64,000 bases of DNA, from positions 12,481-76,480 of the IMG/VR virus record IMGVR_UViG_3300046804_001782; one strand, written 5' to 3'. The stretch comes from a virus. The translations under genes and the position numbers were made by a program. Position 1 is the first letter of the stretch. The number at the start of each line of letters is the position of its first letter. Shown here one piece after another: positions 18,778 to 28,264 of this stretch. The notes under the pieces are model-generated. The model was not told the origin of the DNA. It did not search any database and worked only from the letters and a program-made list of their open reading frames with translations.

Positions 18778-19176
18778 TTATCCCCAGTTAGATTCGGTAC
18801 CTTGGGTGTACAGACCTGTCCAACCACATTCAAAACAGCGTGGTGCTGGACTCTTTCCTTGAATTGTAGTGTTTCCGTTACGGGAAACACGGCTAAAAAC
18901 ATGCTGGCTTCCGCACTCCGGGCAATACATATTTCCCTCTTTACGTGCTGCTTCTCCACCCTTCCACAGACGTATTGCATCTCCCATGTGTATCTCTTCA
19001 GTAGGGGGACGCTCTTCATCAAGAACACGCGCCTGTGGTTGCTGCTGTTGCTGTGGGTACTGAATCTGATGACCAATGCGAATGGGTGGCGATACGGGTG
19101 GTACCGATGTGCGCGAAGACGGTGCTGGTGTATTTGGAGTGTTGGACAGTTTCCTTGCCCACCAATCGGATGCCAT
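18778..19176 (-). CDS. Hypothetical Zn-ribbon protein
   Basis: CPECG...CFECG. Confidence 0.65.
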   Translation of the reverse strand: MASDWWARKLSNTPNTPAPSSRTSVPPVSPPIRIGHQIQYPQQQQQPQARVLDEERPPTEEIHMGDAIRLWKGGEAARKEGNMYCPECGSQHVFSRVSRNGNTTIQGKSPAPRCFECGWTGLYTQGTESNWG

Positions 19177-19586
19177 TATTCCTCTCCCATTATGAGTTTC
19201 TTTATGTCTATAGAAGACGTTCCTTTACCCATATTATCAAGGTAGTCAATGTGTTGGGAATCAAAAAGATGTATCAAAGTAGCGATGGCATATGACGTAA
19301 CAAATACTCTAGACGCTTCCTCTTGTTCATCATTAAAGTTATTAACTTTAGAAGTTGTTTCTACTATCCAGTTAGCACACTTATGTATTTCATCAATAAT
19401 ACCTAGATCAAAAAGTACTAGCCATTTAGAAAGTACGTCCATAATTTCATGCTTTTGTACGTCTTCTGACGGTATTGAGAATCCAGAAAGGTGTGCCAGT
19501 TCCTGACCATTTGTAATAGAAAGAGAAAGATGAAAGTTTCTTTTTTCCAAAGATTCATTTCGTTCTATTGGTGCATCTTCCATCAT
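19176..19586 (-). CDS. Hypothetical protein
   Basis: Coupled to polA by overlap. Confidence 0.65.
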   Translation of the reverse strand: MMEDAPIERNESLEKRNFHLSLSITNGQELAHLSGFSIPSEDVQKHEIMDVLSKWLVLFDLGIIDEIHKCANWIVETTSKVNNFNDEQEEASRVFVTSYAIATLIHLFDSQHIDYLDNMGKGTSSIDIKKLIMGEE

Positions 19587-21670
19587 TTTCCCTTTGCGTC
19601 AGACCAACTATGTGCGGAGTGGCAGGACACCTTGATAGGTATTCCCTCAATGACTGTCCCATCTCCCATCGCTTTTGTAAATATGGGAATCATATCAGCC
19701 ACTTCCTCAGTAGGTACCATAACCACCAGTTCGTCGTGTACTTGCACCAACATCTTAGCATTTGTATTATTAAATGCTTCAAATACACCTATCATTGCTT
19801 TTTTACAAATATCAGCAGCGGATCCCTGAACCACGGCGTTAATAGCCTGTCTTTCTGCACGTGCTTTTAGAGACATATCTGATGATGTGATGTCTGGAAG
19901 CCTACGTCGTCTTCCAGAAATGGTACTCACATATCCTTGTCGGATGGCCGTGTGTATAACAGACTGTTTCCAAACGGTGATACCTTTAAACTGCTTGTAG
20001 TAGTTTTCGATCACAAACCTTGCATGATCTATAGAAACACCGGTGGTGTTTGCCAACTTAGTTGGTCCTCCACCATATGCTGTGAGGAAGTTAACACCTT
20101 TTCCCAGTTGTCTCTCTTCTGGAGTAACGTCTTTGGGATCCTTTTTCAGAATTAGGGCGGCGGCACCGGCATGGATGTCGGCACCAGTTTTAAAGAACTC
20201 GCTCATCTTTGGGTCGTGAGAAAACATGCACATTACACGCAACTCAATCTGATCATAGTCAGCAACTAACAGAGAGTAGCCGGGTGGTGCAACGAACAAC
20301 TTACGAACACTACTGTCTCGTGGAATGTTTTGAAGGTTTGGGTTTGATGAGGACATACGTCCCGTTGTTGTCCTGTGGAGATGGAACGACGGGTGCAACT
20401 TTTGCTTATTAAGTTTTGTAAGAAGACTATCAACGTACGTTGATTTCATTTTCTTTGTTTCAGACCAATCAAGAAGCAAAGGAATGATTGGATGCTTTGC
20501 TTCCATAGCCCGTAGTGATTCCTCGTCAACGGAAGCAGCACCAGTTTTGGTTTGCTTACTTGACTTTAATCCTAAACCACCTTCTGATTTCTTAGAGAAC
20601 AATAATTGTTGTTTATGTTTTGTGCTGTCTGGATTGAATCCGGGCGAAACGTAGGACAACATGGAAACAAGTAGATCATTTAGTTTCCCATCAAGTTCTT
20701 TGCCTAGTTTTGACATTGACCTTTTGTCTACATTGATCCCATTATTCTCCATATCCATAAGAACATGGAGAACTTGATTATCCTGTTCTAGACAAGCCAC
20801 AAGGTCTGGCTTTGTCTTTATGCGATTCCACAGTTTTTTGTAGAGCAACCAAGTCCAACGGACATCTAGGTGTACGTACTCTGAGGCTTGAGCAAACGAT
20901 ACTTGATTAATTATCTTTCCAAGTTTTCCGTACCTGTGGTAGGGATCAAACCCGTCGAAGTTGTTGTGAAGCAATTTCTCCAAAGAGTAACCCGAAAGGT
21001 TTTCATCAAGGACGTGCTGCATGAGCATGGTGTCCATGTATGGACCGGGGGGTAGAGCATCGTAATACTTAGTAATAGATCTAGCATCAAACTTTACGTT
21101 GTGCCCGATCTTTAAAAGATCGCTAAAGAAAATTGTCTTCAATGTCTCAAAAACAACTGTCTTGTTTAGTTGTTCTGGTGGTTCGGTAAACTCGGCTGGT
21201 TTGTAGTACCGGGCTTTTGCCAGCGATTCCTTACCGCTTTTTAGGATGCTGCGATAACCCGGAGGTGGAACCGTACTACCATCACCACGTTCTTCTGGGG
21301 TGATTACCTTACCGTTCGGGTGACCCATAGGAATAGCCCATGATTTTCCATCAATGGCAATGCCTATCCAGAAAACCTCATTACGAAGGGGATCAAGTGC
21401 TAGTTGATTTTCCCACTTCGTTATTATTGTTTCTTTTGACCGTGCAAGTATGTCTGAACTAGTCGTTTTGAGACTCTTTTTATGTTCTTTCCACTCATCT
21501 TCAATGAGTGAAAGCACGTCCTGATGTCGTTCTACTAATCCGCGTGTCTCTACGTCAAAACAAAACCTACCTGCCTCTTGTACCTCTGCTACAACTTGCT
21601 GTAGTTGTTCAACTGTGTAAACGACAAGGGGGGCCGTATGGCCCCCCTCGTTGGGATCCCCCACCGACAT
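19583..21670 (-). CDS. polA: Family A DNA polymerase with 3'-5' exonuclease
   Basis: DVET, HNVKFD, TGRMSSSNPNLQNIP, DYDQIELR, RQLGKGVNFLTAYG, VHDEL. Confidence 0.95.
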   Translation of the reverse strand: MSVGDPNEGGHTAPLVVYTVEQLQQVVAEVQEAGRFCFDVETRGLVERHQDVLSLIEDEWKEHKKSLKTTSSDILARSKETIITKWENQLALDPLRNEVFWIGIAIDGKSWAIPMGHPNGKVITPEERGDGSTVPPPGYRSILKSGKESLAKARYYKPAEFTEPPEQLNKTVVFETLKTIFFSDLLKIGHNVKFDARSITKYYDALPPGPYMDTMLMQHVLDENLSGYSLEKLLHNNFDGFDPYHRYGKLGKIINQVSFAQASEYVHLDVRWTWLLYKKLWNRIKTKPDLVACLEQDNQVLHVLMDMENNGINVDKRSMSKLGKELDGKLNDLLVSMLSYVSPGFNPDSTKHKQQLLFSKKSEGGLGLKSSKQTKTGAASVDEESLRAMEAKHPIIPLLLDWSETKKMKSTYVDSLLTKLNKQKLHPSFHLHRTTTGRMSSSNPNLQNIPRDSSVRKLFVAPPGYSLLVADYDQIELRVMCMFSHDPKMSEFFKTGADIHAGAAALILKKDPKDVTPEERQLGKGVNFLTAYGGGPTKLANTTGVSIDHARFVIENYYKQFKGITVWKQSVIHTAIRQGYVSTISGRRRRLPDITSSDMSLKARAERQAINAVVQGSAADICKKAMIGVFEAFNNTNAKMLVQVHDELVVMVPTEEVADMIPIFTKAMGDGTVIEGIPIKVSCHSAHSWSDAKGK
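21627..21648 (-). terminator. GC-rich hairpin just after ssb, inside the polA 5' end
   Basis: AGGGGGGCC-ATAC-GGCCCCCCT followed by TGTCGTTT on the - strand. Confidence 0.55.
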
Positions 21671-21672
21671 GT

Positions 21673-22413
21673 TCAGTCGTCCAGTTCTTCCTTGGCGATA
21701 TCAAGGAGTGTCTTGTATTCTGGAATTTGAATGATGGAAGCATCATACGCCTTTTTGCGTAGACGCTTAAGGTCGTCTTCGTCAAGAGGCTCTACGCTGT
21801 AGTCCTCTAGATCCCGATCCCTCAACATTTGATGGTTTGTTGATGAGCGAGCACCCTTACCACTACGAGAGATAGCCCAGTAGTGCTTTGTGAGAGGCCC
21901 TTGACGTGGATCGACAGAGAAGTTCTTCAACTGGTCAATAACACGTGCGCCAACCTCGTATGACTTAATGAGTGGCTCTTCATGGTCAACGAGAAGCGCA
22001 ACATTGAAGTTAAAGCGGCTGGATGGCCGGTTACCAGCATCGCAAAGAGGACAACCCTTTGACGAGAGGTCAGCAATGCAGGTGAAAGACTTTTGTCCGG
22101 GTCGCTCAATCCAATGTTGGCGAAGGACGGCGTATGGCTCGTCTTCCAAAAACTTAACGATGACAGGATCGTCACCAACCTTAAGACGCTGTGCAAAAGA
22201 GGAATCAGAAGAGACTACAGATTCAACGGCACCCCAACCACGCTTAATGGTGCGTGGAGACGGGGGTGTATCGTCATCGTCGTCATCTACAACTTTGCTC
22301 TTTGTCTTTAGAGTTCCTACATCTTCTTGCTCGTCCGAATTATCTTCGGAGTACTTCTTTGCAGTTGCCCTGCGTACGGGCATTTCATCTTCGTCGTCGT
22401 CGTATCGTCCCAT
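21673..22413 (-). CDS. Single-stranded DNA-binding protein (gp32-like)
   Basis: Acidic N-terminus; VKFLED, HW, C..CPLC; position beside polA. Confidence 0.7.
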   Translation of the reverse strand: MGRYDDDEDEMPVRRATAKKYSEDNSDEQEDVGTLKTKSKVVDDDDDDTPPSPRTIKRGWGAVESVVSSDSSFAQRLKVGDDPVIVKFLEDEPYAVLRQHWIERPGQKSFTCIADLSSKGCPLCDAGNRPSSRFNFNVALLVDHEEPLIKSYEVGARVIDQLKNFSVDPRQGPLTKHYWAISRSGKGARSSTNHQMLRDRDLEDYSVEPLDEDDLKRLRKKAYDASIIQIPEYKTLLDIAKEELDD

Positions 22414-22437
22414 GATTATCCCTTTGTGTGTGTGTTG

Positions 22438-22875
22438 TTACTTTGTTGGCCAGTTGTTTTTGATGTGTTGTCTGAAACCATCCCAGTCACTGTGGGCTGG
22501 GTCATCTATCTTAAAGGATTCTGCCGCTGCAATCAAGAGTTCTAACTGTGCGACACTGTATAAACGGCGACCTTTGCTTGGTTTACCGGGAATCTGTTCT
22601 CCTGACGGAGCAGGAGTTCTGTAGGTTGCTTTAGGTATCCAACCTTGTGATTCCCACATTCGGATCGTTATCGCCTTGCGTCCCAATGCCTTCGCTAACT
22701 GTCCCACAGTGAACAACTCAATGTCAAGACCTGCTATGCGATACGTTTTTGGTTTTGCACCATTGAACAGATCTATGGCTGGTTTTTGTTTGTTGTTAAC
22801 ATTTCTGTTTTTAGGAGGAGTATTACCGGGCCAGTCGGGAAGATCTCCCAGCAATTCCATAGGGTCACGACTCAT
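22438..22875 (-). CDS. MerR-like HTH protein
   Basis: TVGQLAKALG...TIRMWE..G.IP...RRLYS. Confidence 0.8.
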   Translation of the reverse strand: MSRDPMELLGDLPDWPGNTPPKNRNVNNKQKPAIDLFNGAKPKTYRIAGLDIELFTVGQLAKALGRKAITIRMWESQGWIPKATYRTPAPSGEQIPGKPSKGRRLYSVAQLELLIAAAESFKIDDPAHSDWDGFRQHIKNNWPTK

Positions 22876-23299
22876 CTATGTATGCCTTCTTTTCAACAAC
22901 CTTAAATGCCCACGTTACTTTTTCTTTATTAAAAGATTCAATGATAGGAGAGGCTTCTCTGTGCTCCCAAGCGTAAGCAAGCAGTTTATCTTCATCGACT
23001 ACTTCTTTGAAGATCACGCGTTTTACATCATTAAAAATACCTTCTGACTTTGCCCACTGTTCCGCTGACTCTTCATCAAAGGATAGGGAGGAACGCCTTT
23101 CCTTTTTCAACTGCCTATTTCCTGCCGGGAGCCAGAGGTTTCCTTTTTCATCTGGTTGTCCCTGCTCATCGACAAGTCGTGTAAGAGCCTCTTTTAACTC
23201 ATTCAGCCTAGTTGTAACCTTGTCCAACATAGATTTGGTATTTACATACTCTTCTGAGAGTCGCTCTATATCTTCTTTTGTGTACATGTTATGCCTCAT
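22865..23299 (-). CDS. Hypothetical phage protein
   Basis: Coupled ORF; coiled coil plus RRSSLSFD. Confidence 0.7.
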   Translation of the reverse strand: MRHNMYTKEDIERLSEEYVNTKSMLDKVTTRLNELKEALTRLVDEQGQPDEKGNLWLPAGNRQLKKERRSSLSFDEESAEQWAKSEGIFNDVKRVIFKEVVDEDKLLAYAWEHREASPIIESFNKEKVTWAFKVVEKKAYIDES

Positions 23300-24837
23300 A
23301 TATTTGAAGAACGTAAAAAGGACGATAAGGTACTTAAGGTGATATCCATACCCCCACGTATGTCATGATGTTTACCATCAACAAACGCTTCATTTACAGA
23401 TCGTTTATGTTGAAGCATGTCATATTGTCTTTCTTCAATACTTCCTTGCATCACAAACGTTGCAATAGTTACGTGTTCAAAGGTGGATGACAATCTGATA
23501 ATCCTTGCTTCTCGTTGTTCTAGTTTGCCACTAGACCAAGGTAAGTCGTAAGATATTAAATAGTTTGCCATAGGTAGATCAACACCGTAACCACCGGCAT
23601 CTGATGACAAAAACACTCTAACATGATCGTCTGTAGAAAACTTCTGTTTTGCCACATCTTTTTCATCTGAAGACATATCTCCAGTGAACTTTACGCATTG
23701 TGTTAGTTTGTTAAGACGTTGTTCTATGATGTCTAGATTCTTTTTAAAGAAAGAAAACAATACAACTTTATTATTTGGTTCTTCTGAAAGAATCTGTTCT
23801 ACGTAATCAACCACTGCATCAAGTTTTGGGGTCGCTGTAGTAGTAACCATGCCCTTTTGAACAATTGAATGAGCATAAACACTGCCCGCTTTTGATCCTG
23901 TTTCTTCTAATTGTTTTGCAGAAACTCTGATGAGGTCTGGATTGTCACAGAGCATGCGGAGCACGGTAAGGCGGGACATTATTTCCCCTTGAGCCTCATT
24001 TGAGGATGGGTCGTTGTAGTGCTTCCATAAATTAAAGCCTGCACCGTGTTTAGATACTGCTTGCTGCAATTGGTGAAGAAGGTCAGAGGATATAGAACGG
24101 TATAAAGCAGCACCTTGTATATCAAAAGGAACCGGTATCACTTGATGAATAATCTTTGGAAGTTGATCGGCAATCTCTTCTCTTGTTTTTCGTATAAGAC
24201 ATTCCGTCAATGATTTATGTAATACGTTAAGATTTTTATACCGGGTGGGCCTGCCAAAGTGATCACGAACTATAAAGGTGCGATCAAACTCTCTGAAATT
24301 TCCCAGAACAGATGGGTCTACAAACTCCATAATACTAAACAACTCTTCAGGTTTATTCTCAATGGGTTGTCCAGTTAGTGCAAAACGATAGGGAACTGGT
24401 TTAGATAACTTTTTAAGAAACCTAGATCTCTTGCTTGAGCGAGATTTTAATAAGGTTGCTTCATCAATGACCAAGGATTGCCATGTGTAGTGCTTTAGTT
24501 TTAACACGTCGCGCATCAAAGATTCTGGATTTACGATTATGTATTTTGTTGAGATGGAAGTTTTCCATAAACGATCTCTAACAGACGGACTGCCATCTAT
24601 AACAATTACATTAGAATCTGTAAACTTTTCTATTTCCCGTTTCCACTGATACTTCAACGCCGCTGGAACAACCACTAAACAGCGGTCTACTTCACCTTGT
24701 TGAAAAAGTGTCTCAACAGCAGCAAGCGTTGTAACAGTCTTACCCCCACCCATAGTAATACCAAGAAGCATGGTGCCACGATCCACCATCTTGTCCACAG
24801 CCTCTTGTTGATACGGATATAGGGTTCCTTTAAACAC
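23296..24837 (-). CDS. SNF2-family helicase
   Basis: LYPYQ, MGGGKT, DEAT, LTGQP, GYGVDL, QREARIIR. Confidence 0.9.
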   Translation of the reverse strand: MFKGTLYPYQQEAVDKMVDRGTMLLGITMGGGKTVTTLAAVETLFQQGEVDRCLVVVPAALKYQWKREIEKFTDSNVIVIDGSPSVRDRLWKTSISTKYIIVNPESLMRDVLKLKHYTWQSLVIDEATLLKSRSSKRSRFLKKLSKPVPYRFALTGQPIENKPEELFSIMEFVDPSVLGNFREFDRTFIVRDHFGRPTRYKNLNVLHKSLTECLIRKTREEIADQLPKIIHQVIPVPFDIQGAALYRSISSDLLHQLQQAVSKHGAGFNLWKHYNDPSSNEAQGEIMSRLTVLRMLCDNPDLIRVSAKQLEETGSKAGSVYAHSIVQKGMVTTTATPKLDAVVDYVEQILSEEPNNKVVLFSFFKKNLDIIEQRLNKLTQCVKFTGDMSSDEKDVAKQKFSTDDHVRVFLSSDAGGYGVDLPMANYLISYDLPWSSGKLEQREARIIRLSSTFEHVTIATFVMQGSIEERQYDMLQHKRSVNEAFVDGKHHDIRGGMDITLSTLSSFLRSSNI

Positions 24838-25748
24838 TAGGACACCCAAGGAGGCAACACTGTAGCGGTTTTTAAACCCTGCTCAATCTCGTCGTCGGTC
24901 ATGTCCCCGATGTCTTTCGCATCAGTAGACGAGTAATTCCACCAGCGTGTACCGCGACGAGGAGTTCCAAGGTTTTTCATGATTCTCTTACTGGCTTCCT
25001 TACCGGCCTTATCATTATCCATTGCAATAATGATACTGTCAGCGATGGCCGTTAGCAATCTCAATTGCTGAGTGCTGACTTGTGCTCCAAAGGATGCCAG
25101 TGCTTGTGGTTTATCAAAAACACCAGCAAAGCGTATAACGTCCAAAGGAGACTCAACAAGTATGGCAGTTTTACTGCGGAATCTTTCAATGCCAAATAAC
25201 GTTGTACTCTTTTCTACTCCTATTGGGTAGTTTCTTACATGTCCGACTTTCTTTTCTTGCCAGCCACGGAGTATCCCTGTTGTGTCAAAAATGGGTATCG
25301 CCCATGATTTGTTCTGGGAATTCCATCTAACTCCATAAGAAAAAACAATATCAGGGTCTAATCCCCTCATATAACATTTCTTATCAGACACTCGGCTAAA
25401 AGAAAAGAACTGGGTTGGATCGAACTGGTGTTCTATTTCCTGTTGTTTAGGAGATAACAAACGATTTAAACCGTGAGTTACAAGCATCTTTTGAACACCA
25501 AAGGTATCAACAGAACCATTAGATAGTTCATTGATCAGCATGGACAATGTACCTCTTGCTCCACAAGAGAAACAAAGCCACAGACCTGATTCGGCGTTCA
25601 TACTCCACGATGGGTTGGAGTCTTCATGTCCAGTAACTCTGCGGTGAACTGGGCATTTACCGGTGATTTCACGATCACCGGCCCTCTTTACAGCAACACC
25701 TAGATCTAATAAAACCGCTAGTAAATCAGTCGAATGATGGATTGACAT
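24837..25748 (-). CDS. DNA primase (CHC2 Zn finger plus TOPRIM)
   Basis: CPVH...CFSC; VESPLD; MDNDKAG; KDIGD. Confidence 0.9.
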   Translation of the reverse strand: MSIHHSTDLLAVLLDLGVAVKRAGDREITGKCPVHRRVTGHEDSNPSWSMNAESGLWLCFSCGARGTLSMLINELSNGSVDTFGVQKMLVTHGLNRLLSPKQQEIEHQFDPTQFFSFSRVSDKKCYMRGLDPDIVFSYGVRWNSQNKSWAIPIFDTTGILRGWQEKKVGHVRNYPIGVEKSTTLFGIERFRSKTAILVESPLDVIRFAGVFDKPQALASFGAQVSTQQLRLLTAIADSIIIAMDNDKAGKEASKRIMKNLGTPRRGTRWWNYSSTDAKDIGDMTDDEIEQGLKTATVLPPWVS

Positions 25749-26979
25749 CGTAGTCATCACCATCTACCTCTTCAAATTCCATAGTGTTCCAGTCCCACTT
25801 GATGTGTACGACACCTGTTGGGGCTGAACGAGCAATGACTACTCGGATAATTGCTTGATCATCTAGATCTGGGTTTCTCTCAACGCCAAGAACGAGGTCT
25901 GCGTCCTGAGCAAAAGATGACGAGTAGCCAATCGCATCAGCAGTTACTGCACGTGTTTTCTTATTATTAAGTTTCCAACCTAATACTTGTGTGGTAGCAA
26001 CTACTGGAATGTCAAACCTCTGGGCCAACCGCTTTAGCGACCGGGTGATGTTGGTAAGAGCCTGTGGTGATCCCTTTGGTTCTCCTTCTTCATCATCCAT
26101 GAGGTATACACCATCAACAATGAGCAGATCAGGTTGGTATTCTTGCACCTTACTGGCCAAGGCACTAACAGTAGTTAGTGATGCCGTGTCTTCTGAAAAG
26201 ACGAATGGTTGCATGTTCTTGCGTAGGGACAATGCCTTTCGTATCTTTTTCATATCTATGTCTGTGAGATCACCACTCAGGATCCGGGTATAGGGAACCT
26301 TAGAGATGAATGAGTCGTAACGAGCCTCTTGCTCTTCGATGCTCATCTCAAAAGAAACAAACAAAGGACGCTTTCCATGTGTGTGGGCTGAGTTACCTAT
26401 GATCAAAGCGAATAGAGACTTGCCTCGTTTAGGTTCTCCTACGAACACAATAAACTGTTGTGGGCGTAGACCATGAGTGATCCTATCAAGACCATGAAAC
26501 CCAGTGGGAATACCACGCAAGGCATTGGGTGTTGCCCGTAACTCATCATACCTGATGAGTCTATTTTCCCAGTTTTGAATGATGTCGATGTCACGTAAGC
26601 GTGCTGACTCTACTGCTGTTTTTTGTAAGCCAGTAGTTAGTGTGGTTAAAGCACTATCAAGATCATCATTGTTGAGTTCAGGAATTGCTTCAGCAAGGGT
26701 GTCCATAAGGACACGCTTTTTGTAGTTGTTGAATATTTCATCAATAAGACGGGTAAATGGTTCGTCGGAAGCATCCTCTAAGTCAATGTCTCCAAACTCT
26801 TGTGAAAAGACACGTTCCGTAGGAACAGAACCATGTTCTCTGTAGAAGTCAAGTAACCAAGTCCATACCTTTGGCCATTCCCCACTGAGATGGTCTGGTT
26901 TTAATCCAGAACGTACGGCTACTTGTATGTCTTTGTCATGTACGATTTTTGATATAAGAAGAAGTTCACTGGATGCCAT
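25726..26979 (-). CDS. dnaB: Replicative DnaB-like helicase
   Basis: GIPTGF, GEPKRGKS, SFEMS, IVDG, QDAD. Confidence 0.92.
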   Translation of the reverse strand: MASSELLLISKIVHDKDIQVAVRSGLKPDHLSGEWPKVWTWLLDFYREHGSVPTERVFSQEFGDIDLEDASDEPFTRLIDEIFNNYKKRVLMDTLAEAIPELNNDDLDSALTTLTTGLQKTAVESARLRDIDIIQNWENRLIRYDELRATPNALRGIPTGFHGLDRITHGLRPQQFIVFVGEPKRGKSLFALIIGNSAHTHGKRPLFVSFEMSIEEQEARYDSFISKVPYTRILSGDLTDIDMKKIRKALSLRKNMQPFVFSEDTASLTTVSALASKVQEYQPDLLIVDGVYLMDDEEGEPKGSPQALTNITRSLKRLAQRFDIPVVATTQVLGWKLNNKKTRAVTADAIGYSSSFAQDADLVLGVERNPDLDDQAIIRVVIARSAPTGVVHIKWDWNTMEFEEVDGDDYDVNPSFD

Positions 26980-27407
26980 TAGATTCCCCAAGACGTTAGC
27001 GGATCTACGGCAGTCGCACGTATTCCAAACATTTGTGCCAATTCTGTTGTTGGTACGTAAATAGTATGAAAACTAAAGTTGTAGCGGTACGCCTCTACTG
27101 CTTCAGCAAGACTATCAAAAGCGTATACCGGACAAGACACCCCACGACGGGTAAGCCATCTATAAACATCATCTTCCATGTGTGTTCCAAGAGTTGTGAA
27201 CACAGCAGTAGTGATATCTAAACGGTTTGTTTGATCAATGAGAGTCTTTAGAGGAAGTTCATGAGCAACCCAACCTTTTAGGGTTGTGATGTCATCATTG
27301 GGACGGAACTTAAAAACCCTGCGCTTTGTTGGTGATGCAATAAGACCTTCAAATAAACAGGCACGTTCTGGACGCTCATAGATTGCTATGTCTCCACGTT
27401 CCATCAA
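26979..27407 (-). CDS. Hypothetical protein
   Basis: In the replication operon. Confidence 0.65.
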   Translation of the reverse strand: MMERGDIAIYERPERACLFEGLIASPTKRRVFKFRPNDDITTLKGWVAHELPLKTLIDQTNRLDITTAVFTTLGTHMEDDVYRWLTRRGVSCPVYAFDSLAEAVEAYRYNFSFHTIYVPTTELAQMFGIRATAVDPLTSWGI

Positions 27408-27408
27408 G

Positions 27409-27993
27409 TCATCCTATCTTTATTATGGACATCTCATTAATACAACCGCTGACACGCTCACCGTATCGGCGTATGAAGTCAGTCACACCTATGGTAGTGG
27501 TTATGATCGTAGAACGCATGTCCTCGTCACGTTTGCGTATGAGGCTTCCAATCTCATGAACTGAGAAGTCAGTTTCTCTTTCATTGCCAACGCCATCCAA
27601 CAGCAAAACACTGTAGACACCACGGATGTATTTCAGAAGATGTGGGGAAGAATACATCTCTGGAAGAGAACCATCTCCCTCAAAAGAATCTTTGAGCATC
27701 TCAATGTACGTCTCGCTGCTCACGAAGCGTCCTGAGAGGTGGTGTGTACTTACCAATTGTTTTATAGCGCACTGGGCAATGGCGGTCTTTCCTGAACCGC
27801 TTGGACCGTGTAGGTACAAAGACTTTCCGTACTCGTAGGTCTTTACCCAATTGGCAACAGTCCTAGGTAACTCAATTTGTTGAGAACTCCATTTCTTTGG
27901 AATTCTTAAGTGAAAGAGTCGTTCTTCTGTTGAACGATTGTTCCACCACCGCTCTGATTTCCAATCAGTCGGAACCGGGAATTGCTGGGCCAT
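27409..27993 (-). CDS. DnaC/IstB-like AAA+ helicase loader
   Basis: LYLHGPSGSGKT, LLLDGVG.E, TIITT, YGERV. Confidence 0.82.
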   Translation of the reverse strand: MAQQFPVPTDWKSERWWNNRSTEERLFHLRIPKKWSSQQIELPRTVANWVKTYEYGKSLYLHGPSGSGKTAIAQCAIKQLVSTHHLSGRFVSSETYIEMLKDSFEGDGSLPEMYSSPHLLKYIRGVYSVLLLDGVGNERETDFSVHEIGSLIRKRDEDMRSTIITTTIGVTDFIRRYGERVSGCINEMSIIKIG

Positions 27994-28264
27994 CTAATTC
28001 CTCATTGTGGTACTCGTTGTTTATGATTTCCCAAAACTGAAGATCTTCTTCTATGAAGTCTTCATCATCAATATTGTCCATGAGACAAACTGCATCAATG
28101 GTTGTAATCGCAATTGTTGAATCATCTGCGTCTGCCAAGAAAGGCATCTTCTCCACGAGGTATTCCTCAAAATCCTCTGGTTTTTCAAAGTTAGCAGTTA
28201 ACCACTCAACAAATATAAGAAGTTCGTCAAGGTTGGAGAACTGGTATCCGATGTTGTCAAACAT
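27965..28264 (-). CDS. Acidic hypothetical protein
   Basis: GGAGG RBS before ATG 28264. Confidence 0.6.
   Translation of the reverse strand: MFDNIGYQFSNLDELLIFVEWLTANFEKPEDFEEYLVEKMPFLADADDSTIAITTIDAVCLMDNIDDEDFIEEDLQFWEIINNEYHNEELDGPAIPGSD

Noticed and set aside
21968-22624. Long antisense ORFs (e.g. 21968..22624, 9397..9966, 44232..44681, 39467..39784)
   Set aside because: They are shadows of well-supported opposite-strand genes, with no motifs of their own
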